Below, one piece after another: positions 63,505-64,000 of a stretch of 64,000 nucleotides of DNA. How positions within the stretch are numbered: the first letter of the stretch is position 1; every line of letters begins with the position of its first letter. This stretch comes from Vicugna vicugna (lineage: Eukaryota). Below the pieces are notes generated by a model, which made no database searches, was not told the DNA's origin, and saw only the letters and a program-made list of their open reading frames with translations. The stretch is taken from NCBI GenBank assembly GCA_013265495.1, contig MU057560.1, positions 2,974,909 to 3,038,908 on the forward strand. The letters run 5' to 3'. Made by a program: the position numbers and the translations under genes.

Positions 63505-63925
63505 AGCGTGGCTCCGGGCCACGGTGTCCCGGCCCCTCACCACCCCTGCCCGCTGCCCCCACCCCCCAGAGCCCAGGCCCTTCCTGGCACGCTTCTCCTC
63601 TGGGCAGAGGCTGCTGCGGACGAGGTCAGAGTCGGGGGGAGGGCAGCAGGGCGTCCCGAGCCAGCACGTTCCCAGGGGAGGAGGAAACACCTGGTGGGGA
63701 CAGACACGGGGAAGGGCCGCGAGGACGCGGCCAAGGGCTGCTGAGGTGGCCGCAGCCCTCCCGGCCACACCAGGAGCTGGATGGAGGTGGGTGGGGCTTC
63801 CCCCTCTGAGTCTGCAGGAGGAACCTCGACCTCAGACTGCCGGCCTCCAGGACTGCGGTCAATACGTTTGTGTGGGTCTTGGCACCCAGGCTGGGATGCT
63901 CAGGGGCAGCCACCCACAAACAGCA
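63505..63925 (+). mobile_element. MLT1 (MaLR) solo LTR, GC-shifted
   Basis: cccctctgagtctgcaggaggaacc...tcagactgccggcctccaggactgcggtcaatacgtttgtgtgggtcttggcacccaggctgggatgctcaggggcagcc...aaacagca matches the MLT1 3' end (gacttctggcctccagaactgtgagagaataaatttctgttgttttaagccacccagtttgtgg...gcagcc...aaactaataca). Confidence 0.7.
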
Positions 63926-64000
63926 GGTCCCGTGGCTGCAGTGAGTGAGCGGGGCGGGGCTGGGTGGGAGGACGCCGGCGGAGGCTCCGGGACGGATTTG

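Noticed and set aside
56261-64000. Possible start of the neighbouring gene (PXDN in human synteny)
   Set aside because: No signal-peptide/LRR first exon or other recognisable coding sequence in any frame.

Overview
Mammalian genomic DNA, very GC- and CpG-rich, with two assembly gaps. It holds the 3' part of MYT1L (myelin transcription factor 1-like, CCHHC/C2HC zinc-finger neuronal transcription factor) on the + strand. Seven coding exons were spliced by hand with GT-AG boundaries and a continuous frame: 22313-22375, 30033-30116, 31313-31534, 43789-43880, 50092-50195, 53023-53166 and 53480-53620. These are about exons 19-25 in human numbering (from memory) and encode zinc fingers 4-6 plus the C-terminal coiled-coil region. 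A 3' UTR of about 2.6 kb follows, and its end probably lies in the second N gap. Bases 1-22312 are the distal part of one long intron, and 56261-64000 is 3' flank with no recognisable gene. Only old repeats are visible (MER3, MER5-like, MIR, L2, L1M, MLT1, an ERV1-like LTR) plus one artiodactyl-type L1 3' end. No Alu, B1, Can-SINE, Bov, CHR, PRE or ERE SINE was seen, which weakly suggests a camelid-like cetartiodactyl. I found no evidence for a new gene or a new multi-component system, and the long ORFs in the track are GC-rich noise. The most unusual signal is a strong directional AT-to-GC overprint, consistent with GC-biased gene conversion. It has rewritten repeat fossils, pushed GC3 to 96-98% in some exons and appears to reach MYT1L amino acids. 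It stops abruptly at the last exon and at discrete AT-rich intronic islands carrying RFX, POU, MEF2 and homeobox motifs. Repeat-family calls and human-protein comparisons are from memory, not database searches.
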